Below, one piece after another: positions 8,266-18,106 of a stretch of 29,193 nt of DNA. Location of the stretch: IMG/VR virus record IMGVR_UViG_3300022670_000404, positions 1 to 29,193 of that record; one strand, written 5' to 3'. The translations under genes and the position numbers were made by a program. The stretch is from a virus. Its lineage: Duplodnaviria; Caudoviricetes. The notes under the pieces are model-generated. The model made no database searches. It saw only the letters and a list, made by a program, of their open reading frames with translations, and had not been told where the DNA came from. The number at the start of each line of letters is the position of its first letter. Within the stretch, counting starts at the first letter, position 1.

Positions 8266-9816
8266 ATGGCGATTGTATCCAAACCTAAAACGACTTTTAT
8301 CCTAACCGAAGTGCCTCAACTGGTGGATAATGCGCCTCAGCGCATTTTAATCATTGGGCAGCAAATAACAGACCAAAGCACTGTTGACAAGCTCGTTAAA
8401 AATATTGAGATAGGCGCAGAAGATACTTTATTTGGTCGTCAAACGATGCTCGCAACGATGATCCGATCTTTTCGGAAGCTCAATACGCTCAGCCAAGTTG
8501 ACGCTATTCCTTTGAACGATCCAGCCGGCACCACAGCCGAAGCAACGATAACGATTGAAACAGGAACAATTAGCCAACCCACGTCGATTGATTTTTTTAT
8601 TCAATCCAAAGATTTTAAATTCGAAATTGATCTGCTCGTGGGCGATGATGAGAGTGATATTGCTACTAAGATAGCCGCTGCCATTAATGCTAATGATGAA
8701 ATACTTGTAACAGCAGCACAGGTTCTAGGTGTCGTGACGTTGACGGCAACGAATAGTGGTGAAGAAAATAATGCTATCTCAATTGAATTCATCCAAAAAT
8801 CCTTTAGCGGTCTAACTGTAACCATTGTGGGGTTCGCGGGAGGTACGCTATCTCCAGACATTTCAAACATTTTTACACAAATTTCAAATATCCGCTATCA
8901 AACGATTGTCTATCCCGCATCCTACACTAAATCAACCATTAAAAATCTGTTAAATACTCGCTTTAATACGACAAATGCGGTCTTGGATGGTGTCGCAATT
9001 GCCTCTCAAACCGACAGTTTAGGCGATCTTGAAAGTGAAGGGCAAAGCCTGGACTCACTCAGTATGGTCATCCTCGGGAATAGGGCATCAAGTGGTAGCT
9101 CCACACTGACCCAGCATGCTGGGTCAGCCTTATTTGAGTACGACCCTTCGATTGCGAGCTATACGGCAGCCCTCAGAACACTACGATTAACGGAAAATGC
9201 AAATGTTGCAAACATTGTGATAGGCGATCAAACGCAATTTGGTGGCCCACAATTCGCCTCGATCCCTTACTTCAACACGCCCGTTGAAACACTCACTGTC
9301 ATTGAAGAAGAGCGCGGCTGGAAGGCAGACGATCAAGAGTCATTGAACGATAACGGGATCGCTTTCCTAGGCAACAATACTTCAAGCACCCGTATTATAT
9401 TCGGCGCAATGGTAACCACTTATCTAACGAATGGCGTCGTCGATGATACGACTTTTAAATTCTTGAATACAGTGGACACAGGCTCACAAATTAGAGAATT
9501 CTATTTTAACAACAATAAATCAAATTACGCGCAAAGTGTCTTGACGTCAGGCGATATTGTCCCAGGCTCTCGTCAAGTTGATGTAGCCTCTTTTAATTCA
9601 TTCCAAGAGAAATTATACAAGGATTTATCCGTGCAACCTTTTGCGCTAACCGTTGCGGGAAGTGCGGCCCTTGATTTCTACAAAAATAATATTAATACCA
9701 CATTTACACTTTCAGCGGGGCTTGTCTCAGTGACGATGGTAGTCCCCATTGTAGTACAGCTACGAGAAATCGATGCAACTATTCAAATAACTTTCGATAT
9801 CAACACAACAACTTAA
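8266..9816 (+). CDS. Contractile tail sheath protein (Mu gpL-like)
   Basis: 'QRILIIGQ', 'LFGRQTMLATM', 'IAAAIN...VTLTA' and 'MVTTY...DTTFKFLNTV'; 516 aa; synteny. Confidence 0.88.
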   Translation: MAIVSKPKTTFILTEVPQLVDNAPQRILIIGQQITDQSTVDKLVKNIEIGAEDTLFGRQTMLATMIRSFRKLNTLSQVDAIPLNDPAGTTAEATITIETGTISQPTSIDFFIQSKDFKFEIDLLVGDDESDIATKIAAAINANDEILVTAAQVLGVVTLTATNSGEENNAISIEFIQKSFSGLTVTIVGFAGGTLSPDISNIFTQISNIRYQTIVYPASYTKSTIKNLLNTRFNTTNAVLDGVAIASQTDSLGDLESEGQSLDSLSMVILGNRASSGSSTLTQHAGSALFEYDPSIASYTAALRTLRLTENANVANIVIGDQTQFGGPQFASIPYFNTPVETLTVIEEERGWKADDQESLNDNGIAFLGNNTSSTRIIFGAMVTTYLTNGVVDDTTFKFLNTVDTGSQIREFYFNNNKSNYAQSVLTSGDIVPGSRQVDVASFNSFQEKLYKDLSVQPFALTVAGSAALDFYKNNINTTFTLSAGLVSVTMVVPIVVQLREIDATIQITFDINTTT

Positions 9817-9826
9817 TAGGTGAATT

Positions 9827-10204
9827 ATGGCGAATGCAATCACAACCCCGTCCCTGCAAATAAACGGAAACTATATCCCTATTGTGCCCAATTCATTGAC
9901 CTACACAAGAGGCGTTGGCACAGTCACTGTTGAGTCGCAATCAATTGGTGGCACTGTTGAGACTGTGTATAAAAAAGATCAAACTAAAGCAGTCGGACAG
10001 CTCACCTTCATCGTTGAGCCTATAGATACCAATATTAATTTCATCCGCTCTTTTCAAGACTCAAGCCCTGATAATGTTGTGCAGTTCACCGAAGAAGGCT
10101 TCACGCGCACGATGTCAACAGCAGCGATAACCAACGATCCAACGATTGAGTTAGGGTCTGATAAAAACATTACTGTTGAAATGGCGGGCGATCCTGTCAC
10201 CTAA
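9827..10204 (+). CDS. Tail tube protein
   Basis: 125-aa beta-rich protein directly after the sheath gene. Confidence 0.75.
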   Translation: MANAITTPSLQINGNYIPIVPNSLTYTRGVGTVTVESQSIGGTVETVYKKDQTKAVGQLTFIVEPIDTNINFIRSFQDSSPDNVVQFTEEGFTRTMSTAAITNDPTIELGSDKNITVEMAGDPVT

Positions 10205-10216
10205 TAAGAGGTTAAA

Positions 10217-10675
10217 ATGTATAAACCATTCATTGAATGTAAGCTTGAGACAGCAATTGCTGGCGGGAAAATTGACACGCTTTTTTTATATGCGCCTTGT
10301 AAAAGGCATACGCCGATCACAGCTAAAATAGGAAGTATGATGTTGGGTGGCGCGTTTAAGTTCAACCAGAGCTTAGGAAAAGAGGCGGCTACTCAAACAG
10401 ATGCTCCCAAAAAAGATGAAAGCGATGATGGCAACGATAATCCATTTTCTGATGTCAGCGCTGCTCAGATGGTTATGATGCTGAAAAGTGTGCCTTCTGA
10501 CGACTACAATTTTTTTGCTGAATTTTGCGGTGAGTTCGACGCGCTCATGTTGAGTGATAATATTTGCAAGCCAAAAGACAGCGACAAAAGCTTGGCAGCG
10601 GGTTATTACGATCAAATCTCACTCTTAGATGCTGATAAGATGATGGGGGATTACCTGAAAAATTTTTTTATGTAA
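10217..10675 (+). CDS. Tail assembly chaperone
   Basis: Lies between the tube and tape measure genes and ends in a slippery sequence. Confidence 0.7.
   Translation: MYKPFIECKLETAIAGGKIDTLFLYAPCKRHTPITAKIGSMMLGGAFKFNQSLGKEAATQTDAPKKDESDDGNDNPFSDVSAAQMVMMLKSVPSDDYNFFAEFCGEFDALMLSDNICKPKDSDKSLAAGYYDQISLLDADKMMGDYLKNFFM
10660..10669 (+). other. Programmed -1 ribosomal frameshift site
   Basis: A AAT TTT TTT fits X XXY YYZ twice (A-AAT-TTT and T-TTT-TTT). The -1 frame is open into ORF 10675-10869. Confidence 0.7.
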
Positions 10676-10869
10676 TGCAATTCTTCAGCCAAGAGTTTGA
10701 CAAAATATATCCGCCTCTGCTCCTATTCTACAAAGGCGGCGTGAGTTATGAAGCGTTGCAAACCATGAATTATGGTGACATCCGAAATCTCACACAATTT
10801 GCACAAGAGCATGTGGCGCAGCAAAAGAGAGAAGCTGACAAGCTGAAAAGTCAAAACAAGCGGAGATAG
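10675..10869 (+). CDS. Tail chaperone frameshift extension (lambda gpT / P2 E'-like)
   Basis: In the -1 frame relative to 10217-10675. 'GGVSYEALQTMNYGDI' resembles such extensions. Confidence 0.65.
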   Translation: MQFFSQEFDKIYPPLLLFYKGGVSYEALQTMNYGDIRNLTQFAQEHVAQQKREADKLKSQNKRR

Positions 10870-10874
10870 CCATC

Positions 10875-12581
10875 ATGCCATCAAATAAAGTCACCTATAC
10901 CTTTATCGCGATCGATGAATTCAGTCGAGTCTGTAATAAACTTCAAAAGTGTGTCAAAGGATTGACGCGAACAATCACGACGCACAGCGCGCCCGCGCAA
11001 AAGAAATTCAATAAAACGCTTCTTGAAACAGGCATGGCTCAAAATGTATTTGCAAAAGCGTCTAAAAAAACGGCGTTTGCAGCTGCAGAAGCGAACGAGA
11101 AAGTCGAAGAAGTAACCTCTAACTTTGAGAAATTTAAAAACAAAATCATTAAAACCAGCGGACACCTTCAACAATTTGGCACGCATATGTCGGCGGTCAG
11201 TGATATGTTCGGCATGGGCGCATATTACCGCTTCATGAATATTGCGATGCCGATGGCGGTCATTGCCAAGCTCGGTATGGATTATTCGGACAGCTTAGAG
11301 TCCGCAAACCTTCAAATTAAACTCCTCTTTCGGCATACCAAAGGGCTTGCAGGTTATCAACAGCAAATCTCAGCAGCGGCGAAAAAATACAGCGCATTAT
11401 CCGTTGGCTTCTCGCCAGCGGACATCACAGCGAGCATTGCTATTGCGGCACGAGAGACGGGCAACATAAAAGCAGGAATAAAGGCGATCCCCTTTCTCAT
11501 GCAATACGCCATTGGCACAAATCAAACTAAAAGCTTAGCGCAAGCGACGGAAAAAGCGATGGGGGAAATTCGGAGTGGGCGGGCGACAGATGTGATGGGA
11601 ATGCGCTTGACGGGCGCAACTGGCACACTTCGGACGGGGCAATGGGAGCGCGGTGTCTCATACGCCTTTAAGGGGGCAATTCCTGCCTATGCCAAAACAT
11701 CAGGGGCACAAATTGCTGGGTTTGCAATTGCCTTTAAGAAGCTGGCAGGCGCAATTATGATGTCGATTGCGCCTGCCTTTGAAATGTATAATAGACTGCT
11801 TACGCCCCTTGTTCCAAAAATTCAAAAGTTCATTGCAGTGCATACAACATTGTTCAAAGTACTGGGGGAAGTCGCGGTTGCATCGATAGTATTCCTTGGG
11901 GTTCTCATGGCGCTAGGCGCAGCAAGCGGTGTCATAGCGATGCCTTTTGTGTTTTATAATTCTGTCATCAAACTAGGAACTGGTTTAATAAAAGCGTATA
12001 GAATAGCTTGTGTTGCCACCTGGTGGGTGATTAAATTATTGCGCATTGATATAGCTGTATTCAGATTAAGTCTGATTGCGTGGGGAATTTCTTTAAAAGC
12101 CGTGACAGCAGCGACATGGCTTTGGAACGCAGCATTGGATGCTAACCCTATTGTATTAATCCTAGCGGGGATTGCGTTATTAATTATTTCTGGCTATGAA
12201 TTGATTAAACATTGGAAGACGATTAAAAAAGTATTTCACGAAGCCCTCGACTGGGTAGGGGATAAAATTAAATCAATTAGAGCCGATCTTAAAGGGCTTA
12301 TACATGATCTGTCAACGCTAAGCTGGCATGGGCTTATGCAATATGGGGAAGGAATGGCAACGTCAGGCGCAAAGTCGGTTTTGGCGTATGGAAAGACAGA
12401 TATATCGGCTGGAAAGGCGGCGATAGGGTCTCATGAGAGTCTCTATCATCGTTTTGAGCATTTTGTCCACGTCAATGTAGATGTGCATGACAAGTCAGGC
12501 ACGGTGTCCGCAGTTCATTCAGCGAGCAGCCCACATACCACTACCCACACTAATTTGGGCACTAATATGGCGCATACCTAA
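10875..12581 (+). CDS. Tail tape measure protein
   Basis: 'YTFIAIDEFS' start, Ala/Gly-rich helical body and 'AATWLWNAALDANPIVLI...YELIKHWKTIK' motif. Confidence 0.88.
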   Translation: MPSNKVTYTFIAIDEFSRVCNKLQKCVKGLTRTITTHSAPAQKKFNKTLLETGMAQNVFAKASKKTAFAAAEANEKVEEVTSNFEKFKNKIIKTSGHLQQFGTHMSAVSDMFGMGAYYRFMNIAMPMAVIAKLGMDYSDSLESANLQIKLLFRHTKGLAGYQQQISAAAKKYSALSVGFSPADITASIAIAARETGNIKAGIKAIPFLMQYAIGTNQTKSLAQATEKAMGEIRSGRATDVMGMRLTGATGTLRTGQWERGVSYAFKGAIPAYAKTSGAQIAGFAIAFKKLAGAIMMSIAPAFEMYNRLLTPLVPKIQKFIAVHTTLFKVLGEVAVASIVFLGVLMALGAASGVIAMPFVFYNSVIKLGTGLIKAYRIACVATWWVIKLLRIDIAVFRLSLIAWGISLKAVTAATWLWNAALDANPIVLILAGIALLIISGYELIKHWKTIKKVFHEALDWVGDKIKSIRADLKGLIHDLSTLSWHGLMQYGEGMATSGAKSVLAYGKTDISAGKAAIGSHESLYHRFEHFVHVNVDVHDKSGTVSAVHSASSPHTTTHTNLGTNMAHT

Positions 12582-13828
12582 TGAGCGATCTTGTTTTAGC
12601 AACCTTTCAAACCGCCTCCTTCCGCGGTGTCGACTTCTTGTTTAAGAACAACAAGCAAGTGGGCGGCCGAAAATATAAAATATTTGAATACCCGAACCTT
12701 GATCAACGTTTTGTCCAAGACTTGGGCACGTTGCAACGCACCTATCACATGACAGCGACAATAGCTGACCCCAGTTTCAATTACCAGAACAGCAAATTTG
12801 AATTGATCAAAGCACTTGAGACGGAAGGGCCAGGCGTGTTGGTGCATCCAACGGACGGCGTTAAGACGGTCTTTGCTATGCCTTATACGCTAGATGAGGA
12901 TATTTCATACACAGGCACCGCGATCTTTACGCTCATTTTTGTGGAGACTGGCCCACAACTTTTTCCCAATCAATCGCCAAGTGCTAACTCAACGATTGCT
13001 AACATTATTAATAATTTTATTAGCATTATCAATGCTAACTTTAATAGTCTATGGAAAACATTTAGCCAGTTTCAAGGCAATATTCAATTCAGTGCGGACC
13101 TTATCCAGTCAACAGTGGATCAATTTAAAAATGCAGGTAATCTAGTCAGCAGTAACGTCACCGCGATTAATAATTTTACTGAGGAAGTAAGCAGCCTAGA
13201 AGATAATAAATATACCTTGGCACAAGATGCGGACGGCCTATCAACTAACATTGCTGACATCTTTTTTGAAGCGGGTGAATTAGGTGAGAGTACAACAGAC
13301 AACCTATTAATCATGCAATCTATGTTTGCCTATAGCGGGGCGGACCCCGTCAATCAAATAACCGTGCCAACCGCGCAGCGCGAAGTCAACCGCATTATCA
13401 GCAATCAATTGATGAATGCACAAAGCTTAGCTTATTATTATTTGTTCATGGTGAACACTGAATTTGATAATGAAGATGATATCAATGAGCAGAAAGAAAT
13501 TACCAATAATCAGTTTTTCTTCATCATTAATGCGAATAGCTACACAAACATCTTGGGTAACTCAAGTCAGATATTAAACAATGAGACCCTTGATCTGCTG
13601 GAGGAGCTCAGAATAAATGCCAATGATGCGCTGGATGCGCAACTGGCAACCGCCCGAAAAGTGATTGAGACCAACATTGGGAGAGGCTCACTTCTCTCCA
13701 TTGTGTTTGATTATTATGGAGACGTTGACTTGTATGATGACATCTTTGAATTAAATAATTTAACAAGCCCTGCAAACTTAAGCGGCACTCTTAAATTATT
13801 GAGCAATGTAGGTGAGGTAAACGTATGA
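12581..13828 (+). CDS. Mu gpN-like 'DNA circularisation' / tube initiator protein
   Basis: 'ASFRGVDF...GGRK..IFEYPN...VQDLG...LETEGPGVLVHP' and a C-terminal LysM-like 'SLLSIVFDYYGD...IFELN' segment. Confidence 0.88.
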   Translation: MSDLVLATFQTASFRGVDFLFKNNKQVGGRKYKIFEYPNLDQRFVQDLGTLQRTYHMTATIADPSFNYQNSKFELIKALETEGPGVLVHPTDGVKTVFAMPYTLDEDISYTGTAIFTLIFVETGPQLFPNQSPSANSTIANIINNFISIINANFNSLWKTFSQFQGNIQFSADLIQSTVDQFKNAGNLVSSNVTAINNFTEEVSSLEDNKYTLAQDADGLSTNIADIFFEAGELGESTTDNLLIMQSMFAYSGADPVNQITVPTAQREVNRIISNQLMNAQSLAYYYLFMVNTEFDNEDDINEQKEITNNQFFFIINANSYTNILGNSSQILNNETLDLLEELRINANDALDAQLATARKVIETNIGRGSLLSIVFDYYGDVDLYDDIFELNNLTSPANLSGTLKLLSNVGEVNV

Positions 13829-14991
13829 AGCTACGCATCAACGGCATTGACTTTGTGGGATTCACACACATGGAAGCCTCACGCTCATTTTTAAACATTG
13901 CGGGTAAATTTTCATTCTTAACCTCTCCCAAAGATTTAGCAAACAACGGCTATCCTATCAAGGTACAGCAAGCGTGTGAAGTAATCGTTGAAGATAAGAT
14001 ATTCATCACTGGATTTATTGAAAAAATTAACATCATGCAAACGGCTAACGATGTTTCAATTCATGTCGCTGGGCGTGATAAGACGGCTGACTTAGTCGAC
14101 TCAACGGTTGATTTTGACATACTAGGGAACGGTGAGTTTACTAATGCCATTACCCTTAAGCAAGTGTGTGAAGAAGTCATTGCTAACCTTGGCATTACAG
14201 GCATGAAAGTTATTGATTTAGTCAACCCAGCTATCTTTTCGAGTGGAAACTATATCGCGCCTGTCACGGGAGAGGGCGCTTTTGATCTGATTGAAAAATA
14301 CGCCAAAAAAAGACAAGTGCTGCTCACGACAGACGGGCTCGGCAATGTGGTGATCACGCAAGCGATCAGCGGAAAATCAAGAGAGCACACGCTGCAAACC
14401 AATCTAATCAATGCTAAGAATGGAAAAAATAATAATGTAGTTCATATGCACTCTATGTTGAATACTGAGAATGAATTTAACTTATACCGTGGCTATTCAC
14501 AGCTTGCAGCCACCACCATCAATGCGTCTTCTAATCCGGGTGGCGCGGGCTCTAATATCACGCCGGATTATTTGTCACACCAAAGCGGCGAGATTACAAA
14601 TGATGCCATCCGTTCCAGTCGGCAACTTGTTTTTATAACCAATACGCCCGTCGACACTGAAACGATGAAGCAGCGTTGCATTTGGGAGAAAAACTACCGA
14701 CGCGCCAAGTCTCAGTTCTATAATTGCGCAGTCTCAGCCCATACTTATAATGGGATAGACATTTGGCCGGTCAATGTGCTAACTAAAGTTTTTGATGACG
14801 TGGCGAACATCACAGGCACGACGATGCTTATTGATCATGTGGCTTTCACGGAGAGCGTCGAAGGCGGCAAGCAGACGCAATTAAATTTAGTTGATAAACT
14901 GTCATACAGTCTACAAACCCAAGCCAACTACCGTGAGGCACTTTCCGAGAGTTTGCAAGACGCTTATTTTACAAGAGACACTGATAACTGA
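13825..14991 (+). CDS. Baseplate hub protein (Mu gp44/gpP-like)
   Basis: 'LRING..F.GF...SRS...AGKFSF', 'ITGFIE', 'VAGRDKTADLVDST' and 'LLTTDGLGNVVI'. Confidence 0.9.
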   Translation: MKLRINGIDFVGFTHMEASRSFLNIAGKFSFLTSPKDLANNGYPIKVQQACEVIVEDKIFITGFIEKINIMQTANDVSIHVAGRDKTADLVDSTVDFDILGNGEFTNAITLKQVCEEVIANLGITGMKVIDLVNPAIFSSGNYIAPVTGEGAFDLIEKYAKKRQVLLTTDGLGNVVITQAISGKSREHTLQTNLINAKNGKNNNVVHMHSMLNTENEFNLYRGYSQLAATTINASSNPGGAGSNITPDYLSHQSGEITNDAIRSSRQLVFITNTPVDTETMKQRCIWEKNYRRAKSQFYNCAVSAHTYNGIDIWPVNVLTKVFDDVANITGTTMLIDHVAFTESVEGGKQTQLNLVDKLSYSLQTQANYREALSESLQDAYFTRDTDN

Positions 14992-15578
14992 TGCAAGCAT
15001 TAATTACTATCCTTAGAAATATTATTACACGCTCAAAGACAGTCGACGATCAAATTGATAATAATTATAGCTACTCCGTCAATATTTCAACCTACGGTCA
15101 GACCACCAACAGTGAAGCATACTATCCTTACGGTATGGCCTCGCGTGCGCCTAAAAATTCAGTGGCGATCACTTTTTTAATAGGCGGCCAGCCTGAGAAC
15201 AAGACCAGCTTTTTATACGATCCGTCTACCCGATTTACGGGGCTTGAAGTAGGCGAAGTAATTATCGGCAATCAGATCAAGCAAACTTTTATTAAATTCA
15301 ATGAAGACGGTACGATTGATATTCAAACGGACGACACGCTGACTGTGAAAGGTAATCAGATTATTAGTGGCAATCTCACCGTCAAAGGCTCAAATGTTGT
15401 GATGGACGGCGATGTGTTAATCAAGGGCAATTTAATCGTTGAAGGCAATATCAATGGGGATGGCGAGATCACAGATGCCAACACAAGCCTCAGTACAATC
15501 CGAACCACTTACAACAGCCATGATCACCAAGACCCTGTGGATGGAACGACCAGCACTCCTAATCAAATGATCCCCTAG
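14991..15578 (+). CDS. Baseplate spike protein (Mu gp45-like)
   Basis: 'YPYGMASRAP', 'GLEVGEV', beta-helix repeats 'LTVKGN' and a C-terminal 'YNSHDH' HxH metal-binding tip. Confidence 0.88.
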   Translation: MQALITILRNIITRSKTVDDQIDNNYSYSVNISTYGQTTNSEAYYPYGMASRAPKNSVAITFLIGGQPENKTSFLYDPSTRFTGLEVGEVIIGNQIKQTFIKFNEDGTIDIQTDDTLTVKGNQIISGNLTVKGSNVVMDGDVLIKGNLIVEGNINGDGEITDANTSLSTIRTTYNSHDHQDPVDGTTSTPNQMIP

Positions 15579-15593
15579 TATCAGCGCCTATTA

Positions 15594-15608
15594 TGTTATA
15601 ATATAACA
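15594..15608. promoter_or_regulatory. Palindromic operator, copy 3 (Zur-box-like; contains extended -10 TGnTATAAT)
   Basis: TGTTATA-A-TATAACA is a perfect match and ends 2 nt before the gp46 ATG. Confidence 0.8.
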
Positions 15609-15610
15609 GC

Positions 15611-16084
15611 ATGAGTGGTACACCCGTTGATTTAAAATTAGATGAGAATTCAGACGGCTTCTTTGATTTAACGATCAATGACGATGGCGATTTTACGAGC
15701 TTGGACGGCTTAGAGACGTCCTTGACCGTTTCATTTTTCACCGACCGCAGGGCGGCTGAAAGTGAGGTCTCGAGTCCGCAATACCGGCGCGGGTGGTGGG
15801 GAAATCTAGTTAAAGCGGATACTGACCCTGAATTGGGTTCAAAAATATGGCTTCTTGATCAAAGCCCGGTCGCACAAATTACGCTCAATAATGCCATTGC
15901 CCACACAAGAAACGCCTATCAATGGCTGATAGACCTTGATTTTGCGGACCGCGTGGAAGTATCAGGTTCAACAGATAGGAACACTATTTTTTTAATCGTC
16001 AAAATTATTAAAGACAATAATATCATCAGTCAACAAGTCTTTGATCTGTGGCAAAATACGGTAAGCGAGATAAACAATGCCTAA
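15611..16084 (+). CDS. Baseplate protein (Mu gp46-like)
   Basis: 'GLETSLTVSFFTDRRA...RRGWWG...LGSKIWLL...AYQWLID'. Confidence 0.92.
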   Translation: MSGTPVDLKLDENSDGFFDLTINDDGDFTSLDGLETSLTVSFFTDRRAAESEVSSPQYRRGWWGNLVKADTDPELGSKIWLLDQSPVAQITLNNAIAHTRNAYQWLIDLDFADRVEVSGSTDRNTIFLIVKIIKDNNIISQQVFDLWQNTVSEINNA

Positions 16085-17390
16085 CATTACATTCCCACGC
16101 CTGGAAGAAGTCATCAAGCGGATGCAGACGGACGTACAAAAAGAGCTCCCTAACTCAAATCCGTATCTGCCCAATTCTTATCTCAAAGCAATCATCACAG
16201 GGCTTGCAGGACGGAACTTTGAAAATTTTAATGAGTTGCAATCCTTATTAAACAATCTTTTTCTGACAACCTCAATTGGTTTTTTCATTAGTGAGTGGGG
16301 ATCAATCTATGGTTTAACTCAGATTAATGCAACGCGAGCGTCGGGCAACATCACCGTCACAGGTGATGTAGGTACGGTAATTGACAGTGGCGAAGTGTTG
16401 ACATCTACCACTTCCAAAGAATACACCACCAGCGAAGATGCACTGATTTCAGCGGTCAATGAAAATGTCACGCTCACTTTTACAGGAAAAACAATTACAG
16501 CAACGACTCAAGATGGTCATGATTTTGCAACCGGCATTGATGTGACGATAAGCGGTGCCACCGGAATCAATGGAGTTATTTACAACGGGACTTTTGAAAT
16601 TACGGTACTCGATGCCGTGACCTTTATCTATTCGGTGCTTATAACGCCTACGTCCGACGATAGCGGGATCGCGAGTGCGGACATTGCCTCAATCAATGTG
16701 GAGTCCACGGACTTTGGCAGCGATCAAAATTTGAGCAGTGGCGATACGCTCACTTTTCAATCAATTATTGCGGGCGTTGATAACAATGATGGCATTGTCG
16801 GTGCTGATGGTATTATTGGTGGCAAAGATGCAGAAACAGACGAAGCTTTCAGAGATCGAATTTTAAACCGCATCAGAAACCCCGTTGCACAATTCAGTGA
16901 AAGTGCGATCACTCAACAAGCATTGCTTGTGCCAGGTGTCACACGCGTCTTTGTACAGCCCATCACGCCCGCCCCAGGTCAAGTTACCGTTTATTTCGTG
17001 CGCGATAATGATGCAGATATCATCCCGGACAGCGGGGAAGTGGCAGACGTGCGACAATCCATCCTAGTGATTTACCCCGCTTCGAACGATCCCGTTGATC
17101 TATTTGTCAAAGCACCAACGCCTGTTCCCGTCGATTTTACTTTTGATGAGCTGGAGCCTGACACGTCTACCATGCAAGAGGCGATTCAACAGAACTTGCA
17201 ACAATTTTTTGATGATAATGCGGGTGTTGGCGATGACATCCTACAGCTCGGTTATAATTCCGCGATCTTTAGCACGATTGACCCACAGACTGGCAATCAA
17301 GTCACTGACTTTTTACTGACAACGCCACTAGGTGATGTCACTATTCAATCTAACGAAATAGGGCAGCTCCGCAATGTTACGTTCACCTAA
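16077..17390 (+). CDS. Baseplate J / Mu gp47-like wedge protein
   Basis: 'ATRASG', 'GGKDAETDEAFRDRIL', 'VPGVTRVFV' and 'GQVTVYF'. Confidence 0.92.
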   Translation: MPNITFPRLEEVIKRMQTDVQKELPNSNPYLPNSYLKAIITGLAGRNFENFNELQSLLNNLFLTTSIGFFISEWGSIYGLTQINATRASGNITVTGDVGTVIDSGEVLTSTTSKEYTTSEDALISAVNENVTLTFTGKTITATTQDGHDFATGIDVTISGATGINGVIYNGTFEITVLDAVTFIYSVLITPTSDDSGIASADIASINVESTDFGSDQNLSSGDTLTFQSIIAGVDNNDGIVGADGIIGGKDAETDEAFRDRILNRIRNPVAQFSESAITQQALLVPGVTRVFVQPITPAPGQVTVYFVRDNDADIIPDSGEVADVRQSILVIYPASNDPVDLFVKAPTPVPVDFTFDELEPDTSTMQEAIQQNLQQFFDDNAGVGDDILQLGYNSAIFSTIDPQTGNQVTDFLLTTPLGDVTIQSNEIGQLRNVTFT

Positions 17391-18060
17391 CCCACAAGAT
17401 TATCTCCCCCTTGGGAAGGATAAAAACGCGCAATCCTACGCGGACTTGATGCCCCGCAACAAGAAATTATGGGCAAGCGTCAATATTTCAGATACGATTG
17501 TCCGAAAGTTTTTAGAAGGCTTAGCCGGTGAATTAGACAGCTTTCAGGATTTAGAGTTTGTTATTGCATCAACGTACATTCCAAACTTTGATGATAGCAT
17601 GATTGATCGCTGGGAAGAGCTTGTCGGCATCCCTGACAAATGCTTTCCCAACGATGGCACCGATGCTGAGAGGCGACGAAATATCATCATCAAGCTAGCT
17701 TTCATGAATCTGCAAACCCAGCAAGATTATTTTGATTTGGCCGCCATCTTAGGGTTGACGATAGAGATCAGCTATGCCGATACCAATGATGCTTTCACCT
17801 ACACTTTCCCGGTCACGCTCTTCACCAAAAAAGAGGCACAGTTCACCTGGTTCATCAACATTATTGAGGAGAATTTAACCCAATTCTCCTACACATTCCC
17901 GATTGCGTTTGAACAAACAAACTCGGCACTTTTTCAGTGCATTTGTGAGCAGCAAAAGAATGCGTCCACCAACCTTATCTTTACTTTTGAGCCCGTCATC
18001 TATATTGATGGCGCTAATGATATCTATACAGACGGTGACGGCAATGAGTATACGCCATGA
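17374..18060 (+). CDS. Baseplate protein Mu gp48-like (DUF2313/YmfQ)
   Basis: 'DLMP...W', 'MIDRWEELVGIPDKC...ERRRNI' and 'YFDLAAILGLTIEI'. Confidence 0.85.
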   Translation: MLRSPNPQDYLPLGKDKNAQSYADLMPRNKKLWASVNISDTIVRKFLEGLAGELDSFQDLEFVIASTYIPNFDDSMIDRWEELVGIPDKCFPNDGTDAERRRNIIIKLAFMNLQTQQDYFDLAAILGLTIEISYADTNDAFTYTFPVTLFTKKEAQFTWFINIIEENLTQFSYTFPIAFEQTNSALFQCICEQQKNASTNLIFTFEPVIYIDGANDIYTDGDGNEYTP

Positions 18061-18069
18061 GAATTATTA

Positions 18070-18084
18070 TGTTATACTATAACA
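18070..18084. promoter_or_regulatory. Palindromic operator, copy 4 (Zur-box-like)
   Basis: TGTTATA-C-TATAACA is a perfect match in the 46-nt gap before the tail fibre gene. Confidence 0.8.
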
Positions 18085-18106
18085 CTATTGACGAGAGAGG
18101 TTTTAC

